Shown piece by piece: positions 28,077-38,296 of a stretch of DNA of 63,790 nt (positions are counted from its first letter, which is position 1; each line of letters begins with the position of its first letter). The DNA lies in contig CASEYK010000023.1 in assembly GCA_949292105.1 (NCBI GenBank), positions 1 through 63,790 on the forward strand, read 5' to 3'. Below the pieces are notes generated by a model. That model did no database searches, was not told the DNA's origin, and saw nothing but the letters and a program-made list of their open reading frames with translations. The stretch comes from an uncultured bacterium (GTDB lineage: Bacteria > Bacillota_I > Bacilli_A > RFN20 > CAG-826). A program made the position numbers and the translations under genes.

Positions 28077-28780
28077 TGGCCAACCCCCTTTGTTACCATC
28101 GCTTCAAACACTTCAAAATCGCTCGTTAGTGTAATTTTAAAATTGTTTTCTTCGCTGATAAGTATTCTAACGGCTTGATTATTCATTTTGACTAAATAAG
28201 TATCATCGCTAGCGTTAAATATATTATTGTTAATTGCGTTTTCGTGAGCTTCTTTTATCGTTTTTAAGCGAAAAACTTGAGGAGTTTCAATCAGAGCGAC
28301 TTCGCCTCGATTCACATAGTTATCTATTTCATCGAAATTGATTGTCTTAACAATCGTGTCGTGACAGTTACGAGCTATTGTTATTGCATCGCATTCTTTT
28401 AGGGCGTTGCTTAAACTTTCAAGCATAGAAAGTGATAATAGTGGTCGAGCAGCATCATGAATAAAAACAGCATCGTCATCGTTTGCTATTTGCGACAGAT
28501 ACTTGATGGCTTCGTAGGAACTTTTTTGTCTAGTAATTCCGCCAGGAATAACATCAATAATTTTATCAAATGCTTGGATTTGACCTTTGACATAATTAAT
28601 ATTTTGAGAATTAACAACTAAAAGAATCCGATCGATAACATTGGATTGCGACATTGTTTTCAAAGAATATTGGTATAGAGGTATGCCTAAAACTTTTTTA
28701 AATTGTTTATTGACAGGGTCGAGAAATCTTTTACTCGCACCGCCTAAAAGAATAACACCATAATTCATATTTCTAATCAT
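28073..28780 (-). CDS. IspD/TarI-family cytidylyltransferase
   Basis: GGxSKR, KQF, GGITRQKS, IHDAARP, ETPQVF and NFKIT motifs. Confidence 0.88.
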   Translation of the reverse strand: MIRNMNYGVILLGGASKRFLDPVNKQFKKVLGIPLYQYSLKTMSQSNVIDRILLVVNSQNINYVKGQIQAFDKIIDVIPGGITRQKSSYEAIKYLSQIANDDDAVFIHDAARPLLSLSMLESLSNALKECDAITIARNCHDTIVKTINFDEIDNYVNRGEVALIETPQVFRLKTIKEAHENAINNNIFNASDDTYLVKMNNQAVRILISEENNFKITLTSDFEVFEAMVTKGVGQ

Positions 28781-28820
28781 AATCTCTCAAAGAATAAATA
28801 GCAACGAGTTGCTATCGAGA

Positions 28821-29654
28821 TTATTTATTTGCTAAAGAGTTTTCTTTATCTTCAATTTGTTGAGTTAAAGCTGCCGAATCGATGATGAGATGAAGAACTT
28901 TTTCTAAATCGCTACCAGCTGAATAATCGGCGCGACAAATAAAGTTGACACGCCCATCGGTATAAATTTGTCGGACTTTATCGATTTCTTTTTCGGGGTA
29001 CACAGCAATTGATTTACCGCCGTTTTGTTTTAAGAGGGTCATACAAGCGATATCGGTCATTCCATCGCCTAAATAAACGATGTTGCGATAAGGGATGCGT
29101 AGACCTGGTGTTTTGCGATTGACAGCATTGTCATCGGTAATATCTTTGACGCCTTTCGCTATACGGAATAAAAACTGAGTTTTTTGCGTGTAATTGATAG
29201 CTAGTTTTGGCCAAACCGGTTCTCCCGTCTCTTCGTCAAAATAATATTCACAACCAAATACTGATGTAAATTCATTGATGATAGGAGTGCCATCGACAAT
29301 TTCTTTTGTCCCGCTTGATACGAGATAATGTTCAACTTTTACTCCTTTTGATTCTCCGTATTCATTAATTCGTTTAAACCAAGTAGTGACGCCAGGATGA
29401 TATTTGATAGATTTGCCACATTCGTGCAAAAATTCCCGTGTCAATTTAATGCCCTTTTTTTTGGCTTGATAAATCATCATATACATGTATGATAAAATTC
29501 TTTCAACGCCTTCTTTTTCGCTAAACTCGGTCGTTGAATTCCAAAATTCACCAGGAGTCATACCAAGGCGTGGAATAAATTCATAATTTTGCATATCTGT
29601 CGTCGACAAAGTTTTATCAAAGTCGTACATAATGGCTACTATTGGTTTTTTCAT
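28821..29654 (-). CDS. HAD-superfamily hydrolase
   Basis: YDFDKTL (motif I), SSG and GDGMTD; start MKKP with a GAGGA RBS. Confidence 0.88.
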   Translation of the reverse strand: MKKPIVAIMYDFDKTLSTTDMQNYEFIPRLGMTPGEFWNSTTEFSEKEGVERILSYMYMMIYQAKKKGIKLTREFLHECGKSIKYHPGVTTWFKRINEYGESKGVKVEHYLVSSGTKEIVDGTPIINEFTSVFGCEYYFDEETGEPVWPKLAINYTQKTQFLFRIAKGVKDITDDNAVNRKTPGLRIPYRNIVYLGDGMTDIACMTLLKQNGGKSIAVYPEKEIDKVRQIYTDGRVNFICRADYSAGSDLEKVLHLIIDSAALTQQIEDKENSLANK

Positions 29655-29772
29655 AAAAAATGTCCTCAATAAATTATCCCACAAAATTTATTTTTTGACA
29701 ACTTGTCAAAAGAAAACGCCCTTTTTTGTTGTTTAAGTGAAGCGTTAATGTTAAGATACGAGCGAGAATATT

Positions 29773-30318
29773 ATGGTTGTTTTAGCAAAACTTGAATGGT
29801 ATGAATCTCTTCTTATTGCCGTTGGTTCATTTTTTGGACTTTGGCTTTTTGTTTCTCTAATTGGGCTTATCTTTTTTGGTGTGTTTTCTCATATTTTAAA
29901 AAAGCACAATAAGGCGTTGACTCTCGTTTTAAAAGCGAAGTATGACAACATTGAAAAGCTTTTTCTTGTGTTAAAAGATTCTGGCATTAAAGTCGATAGC
30001 AACTACATGCAAAGGCTTCATTCAATTAAAATATCAGATTTTGAAAAGCAAGATAGTGCCACCTGTGCAAAAGCGCGAGAAACGCTTTCTACATTAAGAG
30101 ATGAAGCGATGTTTTTGTCGGAGAGAAAGGAAAATGTCTCCAAAAACGAAATTGTCAAATCAGCCAAGAAAAATATTCTCGACATCGATACCATCTATCG
30201 CAATCATATTGCCATGTATAATGCTGATGTGCTCGGTTATAATTATTGGATTAAATTCTTACCCAATCGTCTTTTATTCAAGATGTTTAGAGTTAAAGAA
30301 AAACATTTAATTTCGTAA
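29773..30318 (+). CDS. LemA-like membrane-anchored protein
   Basis: N-terminal TM, helical body, and YNxxVxxYNxxIxxxP C-terminal pattern. Confidence 0.65.
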   Translation: MVVLAKLEWYESLLIAVGSFFGLWLFVSLIGLIFFGVFSHILKKHNKALTLVLKAKYDNIEKLFLVLKDSGIKVDSNYMQRLHSIKISDFEKQDSATCAKARETLSTLRDEAMFLSERKENVSKNEIVKSAKKNILDIDTIYRNHIAMYNADVLGYNYWIKFLPNRLLFKMFRVKEKHLIS

Positions 30319-30339
30319 AAAAAGCAGAAGGAGAAAATT

Positions 30340-32049
30340 ATGAAACGCTTGGATTGTCTTTTTTCTGAACTGAAAATTAAACCAGTTTCAGAAGAGAAGA
30401 TTGTCGAAAAGATGCAATCTTTTATCGACGAACTAAAAAAATGTGGCAGTGCTCTTACCGCCTCTCAAGTAATGAAGAAATGGAGCAAATATGGCGATGA
30501 ATTATCGACAAATTTTTCATTAATATCAATTCGATATTCTTTGAATACAGAAGATAAAAAAATCGCAATGCTTCAACAAAAAATGGATGAAGTCTATCCG
30601 ATAGTCAACAACTATTCTTTACAATTTTCTAAAATTTTATTAAAGGCTAAATATCGAAAAGATTTAGAAAAAGAATATGGTTCTTATCTTTTCCAAATGC
30701 TTGAAAATTTTGTCAAAACATTTGATGAAAAAATTATTAATGACTCGATTGAAGAAAATAAATTGACGACGGAATATGACCGCATTATCGGTTCCGCTCA
30801 AATCGAATTCCGAGGTCAAGTTTATAATCTATCTCAAATGGGTAAATTTACTCAGTCAGCCGATCGAGAGACTCGAAAAGAAGCGTCTGTCGCTGTTGAC
30901 AAGTGGTTTTTAGATCACGAAAAAGCTATCGGAGATATTTATTCACAGCTCGTTTTGTTGAGGGACAAGATGGCTAAAGCTTTAGGATTTAAAAATTTTA
31001 TTGAACTAGGTTACCTCAGATTAGGCAGAACTGACTACAACGCTAAAATGGTTAAAGAATATCGCAAACAAATTACCGAAGAAGTAGTTCCTCTCGCCAA
31101 CCAACTTTTTAAACAGCAAATTAAATCTTTGGGTATCAAGCATCCACAATTTTATGACTATAATCTTTCATTTAAGAGTGGAAACCCTATGCCCAAAGGT
31201 GATGAAGAGTATTTAGTCGAACAAGCACAAAAAATGTATGATGATTTGTCACCTGTCACTGGTGAATTTTTCACTTTTATGCGCGAGCATGAACTCATGG
31301 ATTTAACTGCTAGAAAAGGTAAAGTTAGCGGTGGATATTGTGCAAGTCTATCTTCTTATAAAGCCCCTTTCGTTTTTGCTAATTTTAATGGCACATCAGC
31401 TGATGTTAATGTTTTGACACATGAAATTGGGCACGCTCTTCAAGGCTATTTGTCAAGTTCAATTAAGGTAAGCGAATATCGCAACCCAACTTTAGAAGCT
31501 TGCGAAATTCATTCGATGAGTATGGAATTCTTTGCTTGGCCGTATATGGAACTATTTTTTAAAGAGGATGCAAATAAATATCGCTATGAGCATTTAAGAG
31601 ATGCTATCACTTTTTTGCCATATGGTATTTCAATCGATGAATTCCAGCATTGGGTGTATGAGAATCCCCATGCCACTCACGAAGAAAGATGTGCTAAATT
31701 CCGCGAAATAGAACTTAAGAATTTGCCTCACAAATCTTATGACGAATGTCCATGCTACAATCACGGCGGATGGTGGATGAAACAGAGTCACATTTTTGGT
31801 TCGCCATTTTATTACATCGATTACACGCTTGCTCAAGTGGTGGCCTTTCAGTTCTTGCTCGAGAGCCGAAAGAACAAAGAAAAAGCTTGGAAGAAATATA
31901 TTAAGTTATGTAAATTTGGCGGAAGAGCACCTTTTGTCTCTTTGCTAGCTGCCAATCATCTTCGCAATCCATTCATCGAAGGCAATGTCAAAAAGAGCGT
32001 GAAGCCACTTCAAAAAATACTTAAAGAATTTGACATAAGCAGCTTTTAA
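30340..32049 (+). CDS. M3-family oligoendopeptidase
   Basis: HEIGH zincin motif, EIHSMSME, and PFYYIDY. Confidence 0.93.
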   Translation: MKRLDCLFSELKIKPVSEEKIVEKMQSFIDELKKCGSALTASQVMKKWSKYGDELSTNFSLISIRYSLNTEDKKIAMLQQKMDEVYPIVNNYSLQFSKILLKAKYRKDLEKEYGSYLFQMLENFVKTFDEKIINDSIEENKLTTEYDRIIGSAQIEFRGQVYNLSQMGKFTQSADRETRKEASVAVDKWFLDHEKAIGDIYSQLVLLRDKMAKALGFKNFIELGYLRLGRTDYNAKMVKEYRKQITEEVVPLANQLFKQQIKSLGIKHPQFYDYNLSFKSGNPMPKGDEEYLVEQAQKMYDDLSPVTGEFFTFMREHELMDLTARKGKVSGGYCASLSSYKAPFVFANFNGTSADVNVLTHEIGHALQGYLSSSIKVSEYRNPTLEACEIHSMSMEFFAWPYMELFFKEDANKYRYEHLRDAITFLPYGISIDEFQHWVYENPHATHEERCAKFREIELKNLPHKSYDECPCYNHGGWWMKQSHIFGSPFYYIDYTLAQVVAFQFLLESRKNKEKAWKKYIKLCKFGGRAPFVSLLAANHLRNPFIEGNVKKSVKPLQKILKEFDISSF

Positions 32050-32065
32050 AACTATTAGCATTAAA

Positions 32066-32109
32066 AATAAAAAAAGCGCAGATTCGCAATGAATTCTGTG
32101 CTTTTTATT
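32066..32109. terminator. Bidirectional intrinsic terminator
   Basis: AAAAAGCGCAGA-TTC...GAA-TTCTGTGCTTTTT between convergent genes. Confidence 0.75.
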
Positions 32110-32130
32110 TGTGTTTTGCGCTTTTTTTAA

Positions 32131-32595
32131 TTAAATGTTATCCAATTTGATAGCAACAATATTCATAGCTGATTGGATGAGAATGAAAGCAACGGCGATG
32201 TATGGACCTGCTAGAGTTGTAAAATTAGCAAATCGATCCATGCAATTGTTTTGTAGACAATAAAATACTTGTGTTAATCCAATTAAAATAGCACCGACAA
32301 GTGATAATGCAATACTTAATCCAAGGATTAATTTTTCAAGTCGATATGATAGTGAAATAAAAGGTAATGAAACAACGAGAGTGGCAATGGCTGAGGCTAA
32401 GACTAACATATATGCAACAAAAGTTATCCATATGCCTTGCCTATCGCCTACTGAACTGTCCCAAAACAACGAAGCGCCACTATAAATAGTTCCATTCATC
32501 ATTTTCATGGCTGGGAGAAACATCATTAAAACTGCTATAATGCCAGCAGCTGCGCTCAATCCCATAAACAAAACACTGCTTACTTGTTTTTTCAT
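32131..32595 (-). CDS. Hypothetical 4-TM membrane protein
   Basis: Four hydrophobic segments; strong RBS GAGGAGG. Confidence 0.75.
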   Translation of the reverse strand: MKKQVSSVLFMGLSAAAGIIAVLMMFLPAMKMMNGTIYSGASLFWDSSVGDRQGIWITFVAYMLVLASAIATLVVSLPFISLSYRLEKLILGLSIALSLVGAILIGLTQVFYCLQNNCMDRFANFTTLAGPYIAVAFILIQSAMNIVAIKLDNI

Positions 32596-32628
32596 AATTC
32601 CCTCCTCTTGAATAATTTTGAATCAATA

Positions 32629-33114
32629 TTATCGCTTGCTACGCTTACTGCGTGAAAGTAAGTCAAACACAAAGGAAATAGCTAATAATGCGGTAGTAGC
32701 AAATCCACTAATCACCGCAATAATTGATGTAGTGGTTAATTTTATTTCTCCCCCAGTTTTTACAAACAATCCAGCTAGAGTGTTTGCATCAGAGTACAAA
32801 GTTGGCATACATGCTACCAAAACAGCACCAACAAATGCAATAACCGCGCCAACTATATCAATAGTGACTTTACCAAGCTTTTCATTTAGCAAACTACTGA
32901 TTAAAGCAAAAAGACCACCTAGCAATATCATGCAGTATCCAATAAATGGTACAACAGTTGTTCCACCAACATCTTCGCTGAAGAATACATCTTGGAAACC
33001 AATCTCTCCAGTTAAACTCCCAATAGTACCAGATGGATTAAGTTGATTAGTAAAAGCCATGCAAAATGCAACAATAGCAACAAGGACACCAATCCATTTT
33101 AAAATTTTAGTCAT
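32629..33114 (-). CDS. Hypothetical 4-TM membrane protein
   Basis: Four hydrophobic segments, basic C-terminus, RBS GAGGT and an upstream TATAAT. Confidence 0.75.
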   Translation of the reverse strand: MTKILKWIGVLVAIVAFCMAFTNQLNPSGTIGSLTGEIGFQDVFFSEDVGGTTVVPFIGYCMILLGGLFALISSLLNEKLGKVTIDIVGAVIAFVGAVLVACMPTLYSDANTLAGLFVKTGGEIKLTTTSIIAVISGFATTALLAISFVFDLLSRSKRSKR

Positions 33115-33232
33115 AATAATTACCTCTTATAATATTATAAATATTTCGTAATTGAATGCCGATAAAAAAATTATTTTTTTAATTTTCTATATGGTAAAAT
33201 GAAAGAAATATAAGCATATGGAGGTAAATACA

Positions 33233-34588
33233 GTGTCCAAAATTTTAATAAAAAATGGTTTTGTTGTTCTCCTAGACAGAATTGAACAAAAGGATATTTT
33301 GATTGAAAATGAAAAAATTAAAATGATTGATGATGATATTGTTGATAGCGATGCTACCATTTTAAATGCGAAAGGAAAATACGTTTTGCCTGGAGCCATT
33401 GATGTTCACACTCATTTTCATATGGCTTTTGGAGGCACATATTCTTCTGATGACTATGAATCAGGTTCGCTAGGAGCACTGCGAGGTGGCGTTACTACAT
33501 ATCTTGATTACGCAATATTGAAAGAAGAAAAGAGTCTAAAGGAATTGATTGATAGCAAGTTGTCGCTAGCCAAAACATCATATGTTGATTATGGTTTTCA
33601 CATCGCGCTTACAAGAAGCGATGATAAAACGCTTGAAGAATTAGATCACATCCGTGATTATGGTGTTGCCTCTCTCAAATGTTTTATGGTTTACAAGAAA
33701 GAAAATATGATGATAAGCGATGACCAATTGAAAAAAATTCTTCTTGTTGCCAAAAAGAATAATCTTCTCGTCAATGTGCATGCAGAAGATGTAGATATGA
33801 TTGATGACAATATTGATCGATTTGTTAAAGAAGGAACGCTCGATAATTATCATCATTATCTATCGAGGCCTGAAGAAGCAGAATATCGAGGTGTGCTCAA
33901 AGCGCTTTCAATCGCAAAAGAAGCTGATGCGCCTCTTTATATTGTGCACAATGCTTGCGAAGATGGTATTAACGCTATTCGCCAAGCAAAACAAAATGGA
34001 CAAAAAGTTTTCGCAGAAACATGTCCTCAATATTTGAATTTTACCTGCGATGTTTATAAGAGAGAAGACGCGCAAAATTATGTGTGTTCTCCGGCGATTA
34101 AAGGTCAAACTTCCCAAGACGCTCTTTGGAAAGCAATCATTGATCATACAGTTGACACTGTTGCTACTGATCACTGCCCGTTCTTGCTTGAGGAAAAATT
34201 GTGGGGAAAGAATGATTTTAGAAAAACACCCAATGGATGTGATGGCATTGAAAATCTTTATCCTTACATGCTCGATAAAGCCAATCAAGGAATTATCACT
34301 TTTGTCGATGCTGCGAGATTGTGTTCTTCAAATCCTGCTAAGATTTTTCAAATTCCTCATAAAGGGGAGATTAAAGTTGGCAATGATGCTGATTTAGTTA
34401 TTTATAATCCTAATGTGCCATCAGTTTTTCATATCGCTGACTCTTTATCTAATTGCGAATATTCAATTTGGGAAGGCTATCAGTATAGCGGAACTATTCA
34501 GACAGTTATTTTAAGAGGAACTATTTTAATGGATTATGGCCGTATTTCTGGCGAAATAGGATATGGCAAATTTATAAAAAGAGGATAA
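33233..34588 (+). CDS. hydA: Dihydropyrimidinase/D-hydantoinase
   Basis: PGAIDVHTH, GGVTT, K(C)FMVY, VHAED, ETCPQYL and ATDHCPF motifs; GTG start after GGAGGT. Confidence 0.92.
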   Translation: MSKILIKNGFVVLLDRIEQKDILIENEKIKMIDDDIVDSDATILNAKGKYVLPGAIDVHTHFHMAFGGTYSSDDYESGSLGALRGGVTTYLDYAILKEEKSLKELIDSKLSLAKTSYVDYGFHIALTRSDDKTLEELDHIRDYGVASLKCFMVYKKENMMISDDQLKKILLVAKKNNLLVNVHAEDVDMIDDNIDRFVKEGTLDNYHHYLSRPEEAEYRGVLKALSIAKEADAPLYIVHNACEDGINAIRQAKQNGQKVFAETCPQYLNFTCDVYKREDAQNYVCSPAIKGQTSQDALWKAIIDHTVDTVATDHCPFLLEEKLWGKNDFRKTPNGCDGIENLYPYMLDKANQGIITFVDAARLCSSNPAKIFQIPHKGEIKVGNDADLVIYNPNVPSVFHIADSLSNCEYSIWEGYQYSGTIQTVILRGTILMDYGRISGEIGYGKFIKRG

Positions 34589-34593
34589 ATATT

Positions 34594-35850
34594 ATGTTTA
34601 CATGCAATAAAAAATCTGTTGAAGAAAAAATTAAAAAATTTTCGCAAATAGGTGATGACCATCGAGGTGGTATTACTCGTTATTCGCTCTCAAAAGAAGA
34701 TGAAATGGCAAGAGATTATTTCGTTGAAAGAATGAAAGAAATCGGAGCCATTATCACGACCGATGACTTTGCCAATATGTATGCCACGCTTCCAGGTTCA
34801 GATCCAACTAAAAAAGGCATTGTTATGGCCTCACACATCGATTCGGTCAAAAATGGTGGTAACTATGATGGAGTGTTAGGCGTCATTTCAGCTATGGAAG
34901 TATTACAAACTATCAAGCGCGAAAATATACCGCATGAAAGAAATATCACTGCGATGATTTGGACCAATGAAGAGGGCAGTTTATATCCACCTGCCATTAT
35001 GGTGAGTGGTATGCTGACTAGTCCTTATTTGCCTCCAGAAATTGCTAAAAATTATGAAGTTGAAAAAATGATGAATTCAAAGTCGGTCATTGATAATAAA
35101 ACAACTTTTCGAGAAGCGCTTTCCAAATTTAAATATTTAGGAACAAAGGAGAATCGTTTGTCTAGCGATAAATATATAGCGATGTTTGAAGCGCACATTG
35201 AGCAAGGTCCGATTCTTGAAGCTAATAAAAATGATATTGGTGTCGTTAAATGTGTTTTAGGAATGGTCAATTATACTATTCGCGCTGTTGGCGAAGCCAA
35301 TCATGCTGGTACAACGCCGATGAGTTATCGAAAAGATGCCCTTTTTGCGATGTCTAAAGTTATTCAAATTATTCACGAAGAGCTAGATAAACTTCCTTCT
35401 GATTTAGTCTATACGACTGGTCAATTATCTATCCATCCGAATGTTCATACCGTCATTCCTGATGAAGTTTCAATCATGATTGATATTAGACATGAAAGTC
35501 CAGATGTTATCGCTGAAGCGGTTAAGGTTTTAAATAATTTGCCAAAAGAAGTGTATGGATGCCACATAGAAGTGGAAGTCGGATGGACGAGAGACACTGT
35601 TTATTTTGACAAACAATTAGTCAATTTTATTGAACAAAGCGTCAAGGAACTAGGCTATAAATATCAATTTATCAATTCTGGAGCTGGTCATGACGCACAA
35701 TTCGCATCATATATGCTCCCAACGGCAATGATTTTTGCCCCTTCAGCTGGAGGGCGTTCGCACTGCGATGAAGAATATACCTCACTTGATCATTGCACAA
35801 TGCTAGCGTCAGTTCTGCTTAATGCCGTTTTAAAATGCGATAAAGAATAA
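34594..35850 (+). CDS. Zn-dependent N-carbamoyl-amino-acid hydrolase (beta-ureidopropionase-like, M20 family)
   Basis: SHIDSV, GGNYDG, NEEG, EAHIEQGP, NHAGTTPM, SGAGHDA and SH motifs; forms an operon with hydA. Confidence 0.9.
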   Translation: MFTCNKKSVEEKIKKFSQIGDDHRGGITRYSLSKEDEMARDYFVERMKEIGAIITTDDFANMYATLPGSDPTKKGIVMASHIDSVKNGGNYDGVLGVISAMEVLQTIKRENIPHERNITAMIWTNEEGSLYPPAIMVSGMLTSPYLPPEIAKNYEVEKMMNSKSVIDNKTTFREALSKFKYLGTKENRLSSDKYIAMFEAHIEQGPILEANKNDIGVVKCVLGMVNYTIRAVGEANHAGTTPMSYRKDALFAMSKVIQIIHEELDKLPSDLVYTTGQLSIHPNVHTVIPDEVSIMIDIRHESPDVIAEAVKVLNNLPKEVYGCHIEVEVGWTRDTVYFDKQLVNFIEQSVKELGYKYQFINSGAGHDAQFASYMLPTAMIFAPSAGGRSHCDEEYTSLDHCTMLASVLLNAVLKCDKE

Positions 35851-35873
35851 AAATAATGTTTATACATTATTTT
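35850..35873 (+). terminator. Hairpin after the hydA operon
   Basis: AAAATAATGT-TTAT-ACATTATTTT (AT-rich, weak). Confidence 0.5.
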
Positions 35874-36127
35874 GGCACAAAACATAAATTTAATTAGCTA
35901 ATAATGTCTGCAGTAAAATTTATAGTTATTTCCATATTATTAAATTCTTTTTGATTTTAACAATGCCCATTATTTCGTTGCGTGAATTTCATTTATACTC
36001 AATAGGAAGATGTTTTTAACGCTCAATAATAGTTACACTCCGACTAGAATGTAAGTTTAATGCAATTAAACTATTTTTTGTATTTCAAATTATAATAGTA
36101 TATGAACAAGAATAAGGCACTAAATAT

Positions 36128-36154
36128 AAAAAAATGATACTCTTATGAGTATCA
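36128..36154 (-). terminator. Intrinsic terminator of tRNA-Leu(GAG)
   Basis: TGATACTC-4-GAGTATCA followed by T7 on the minus strand. Confidence 0.75.
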
Positions 36155-36171
36155 AAATTAGTGTTTAATTA

Positions 36172-36256
36172 TGGTGCGCGAGATGAGAATTGAACTCACA
36201 CAGGATACCCTATACGCCCCTCAAACGTACGCGTCTACCAGTTCCGCCACTCGCGC
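36172..36256 (-). tRNA. tRNA-Leu(GAG)
   Basis: Cloverleaf with long variable arm, loop TT-GAG-GG, CCA. Confidence 0.93.
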
Positions 36257-36314
36257 TTTTTAAAAAGCTTGCTTTAATATTATCGTTAAGTTTTAACTTT
36301 TTATCAAGATAAAG

Positions 36315-38294
36315 TTATCCAATTGATAAATAAAATTGCATTGAAGAAAATAGATACAAAACAAGAGCAGTAGTCGTTGACGCTAATATAAATAATTTGT
36401 TTTTTTGTTTGTTTGCATGTTCAAACGCCAGTCCAAGCATAAAGCCACCGCCCAAATAGATGATTCCGAGGTAGCGGAAATCCATCGTGCAAGCCCACGG
36501 CATTGAGGCATTAAAATAAACGAAAAAGAGTAAGAAACTGATTGTTATGGAAGCGATAAAAATTAATGGTAAATATTGTCTTTTAAACAATTTGTAGCGA
36601 ATAAAGAAATAAACGCAAACTCCGACGATGAGTAAAAAAAGTATCCCCATGATTATTCCTAATGCATTTTTCATTAGGAAAAAGACACCAGAGAGATAAA
36701 AAGAGATAAAACTAGCAATTAATAAAAGATTTCCAAATTTTTTCTGAACTATCCAAAGCATGACAAAATATGCAAAGAAAAGAATAAGTGAACAAACAAA
36801 AACAAAATTCCAAATATAGAGCAATACCGCAAAAATGTAAGCTCCGCCACTGTATGAAAATTCACCAAAAATACTCGATTTCATCATAGCAATATAAATG
36901 TTATAGTCTTGTGATACATCAGTGTTGTTATTCCATAGTTGAACAAAAACGGTTTTGAAGTATTCATTGAATGGCAACGAAAGAAATCGATCGAAAAATG
37001 TTTTTGATTCATCGATAGCTAAATAGCGATTTAAATTCGAAAAAACATACCCAATCGGTTGATTATACTCAACATAATTATAAATTATCCAGTATAAGCC
37101 AACTGGACAGCAGATAAGAAAGAAGACCACGAACATTGGTACTTTTTTGAGCAAAGTTTTGTCTTTGATATATTGAATAAACTTGATTATAAACATTGCG
37201 CCGATAGGAAGAGCAATTAAAGCTCCTGAAGTTTTACTCCCCATTGCTAACCCGATTGATAAAGCCAACGCAATGGTATTGATATAGTTTTGCTTTTTCC
37301 ACCAGCGAATGGCGAAATATACAGAAAGGTAAATAAAAAACCACAAGACAGGATCGTTGTTACTCATTGCGCTAGCTCTAATCAAAAAGGGAGCAAAAGC
37401 GATAAAAGCAGTTCCGACTAATTGAACAATTTTAGAAGAAGATAATTCTTTAAAAATTTTATATGAAACAACTAATTGAATAATCGATAAACCAATGGTA
37501 AAAATGCGGATTGATTGATAAAGAATCCAAGTATCTGTGGTGCCTAATAAGAAAGAGTTAATATGCATCGCAATTGCATATAAATAATAAGCGTACTTAG
37601 GATGATAAAACTGAAAAGAATCAGAGAGCGATGGCACACCATCTTTTAAAAATAGTGGTGGAATATCACCATATTCATAAATATGCATCGTTATAGCATA
37701 ATGACCATTGTAGTTTAAACTCCATACATCGTGTTGTCTAGTAAAGATATTATCTGTATAATTGCCATACGTGATGCGCACAACTATTCCTAACAATATA
37801 ATGAGGAAAATCGCATTTTTAAAATTTAATTTTCTTCGGCATGCTAAAATTAAAGCAATTGTAATAATTAAAATAGATGAAATCTGGCCGAATAAAACAA
37901 TAGGACCGCTGTCCCAACCAAGAACAAATTCTTTCCCAATTAATTGTAATTGTTCGCGGTATGCATAAGTAGCATCTGGTTGATATAAATTGACGCCAAT
38001 TGAACCTAGAGGTAAAGAAAGCAAATAATAAAAAAGAAATGAAATGCCAAATGAAAATAAAACTAAAAATAACCAATTTGCTTTGCTTTCGCATAGTTTT
38101 TTGAATAAATACCTAAATTTTAAAAATATTTTAGAGCAACAAACTTTTGGTGTTTTTATGAGCGAAGCATCTTTTTGCGTCTGAATTTCACCATCTGTTT
38201 CGTGCCGGAAGCGTAGAATTAATGCAAATAAAAAATAAATGATAATCAAGATGATGATAGTTTGAGCTATTATTCGAAACACTTGGTTAAACAT
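36315..38294 (-). CDS. GT-C fold membrane glycosyltransferase (ArnT/PMT, GT39-like)
   Basis: Many TMs; RQHDV first-loop acidic motif, FYHP, SNND, K-x-SG and DFRY. Confidence 0.8.
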   Translation of the reverse strand: MFNQVFRIIAQTIIILIIIYFLFALILRFRHETDGEIQTQKDASLIKTPKVCCSKIFLKFRYLFKKLCESKANWLFLVLFSFGISFLFYYLLSLPLGSIGVNLYQPDATYAYREQLQLIGKEFVLGWDSGPIVLFGQISSILIITIALILACRRKLNFKNAIFLIILLGIVVRITYGNYTDNIFTRQHDVWSLNYNGHYAITMHIYEYGDIPPLFLKDGVPSLSDSFQFYHPKYAYYLYAIAMHINSFLLGTTDTWILYQSIRIFTIGLSIIQLVVSYKIFKELSSSKIVQLVGTAFIAFAPFLIRASAMSNNDPVLWFFIYLSVYFAIRWWKKQNYINTIALALSIGLAMGSKTSGALIALPIGAMFIIKFIQYIKDKTLLKKVPMFVVFFLICCPVGLYWIIYNYVEYNQPIGYVFSNLNRYLAIDESKTFFDRFLSLPFNEYFKTVFVQLWNNNTDVSQDYNIYIAMMKSSIFGEFSYSGGAYIFAVLLYIWNFVFVCSLILFFAYFVMLWIVQKKFGNLLLIASFISFYLSGVFFLMKNALGIIMGILFLLIVGVCVYFFIRYKLFKRQYLPLIFIASITISFLLFFVYFNASMPWACTMDFRYLGIIYLGGGFMLGLAFEHANKQKNKLFILASTTTALVLYLFSSMQFYLSIG

Positions 38295-38296
38295 AT

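Noticed and set aside
32618-33046. 142-aa plus-strand ORF
   Set aside because: Antisense shadow of the 4-TM gene 32629-33114, which has the RBS and promoter.
35874-36127. Unexplained AT-rich spacer near the tRNA-Leu 3' end as a possible att site or pseudogene
   Set aside because: No duplicated tRNA 3' end, integrase fragment or coherent ORF was seen.
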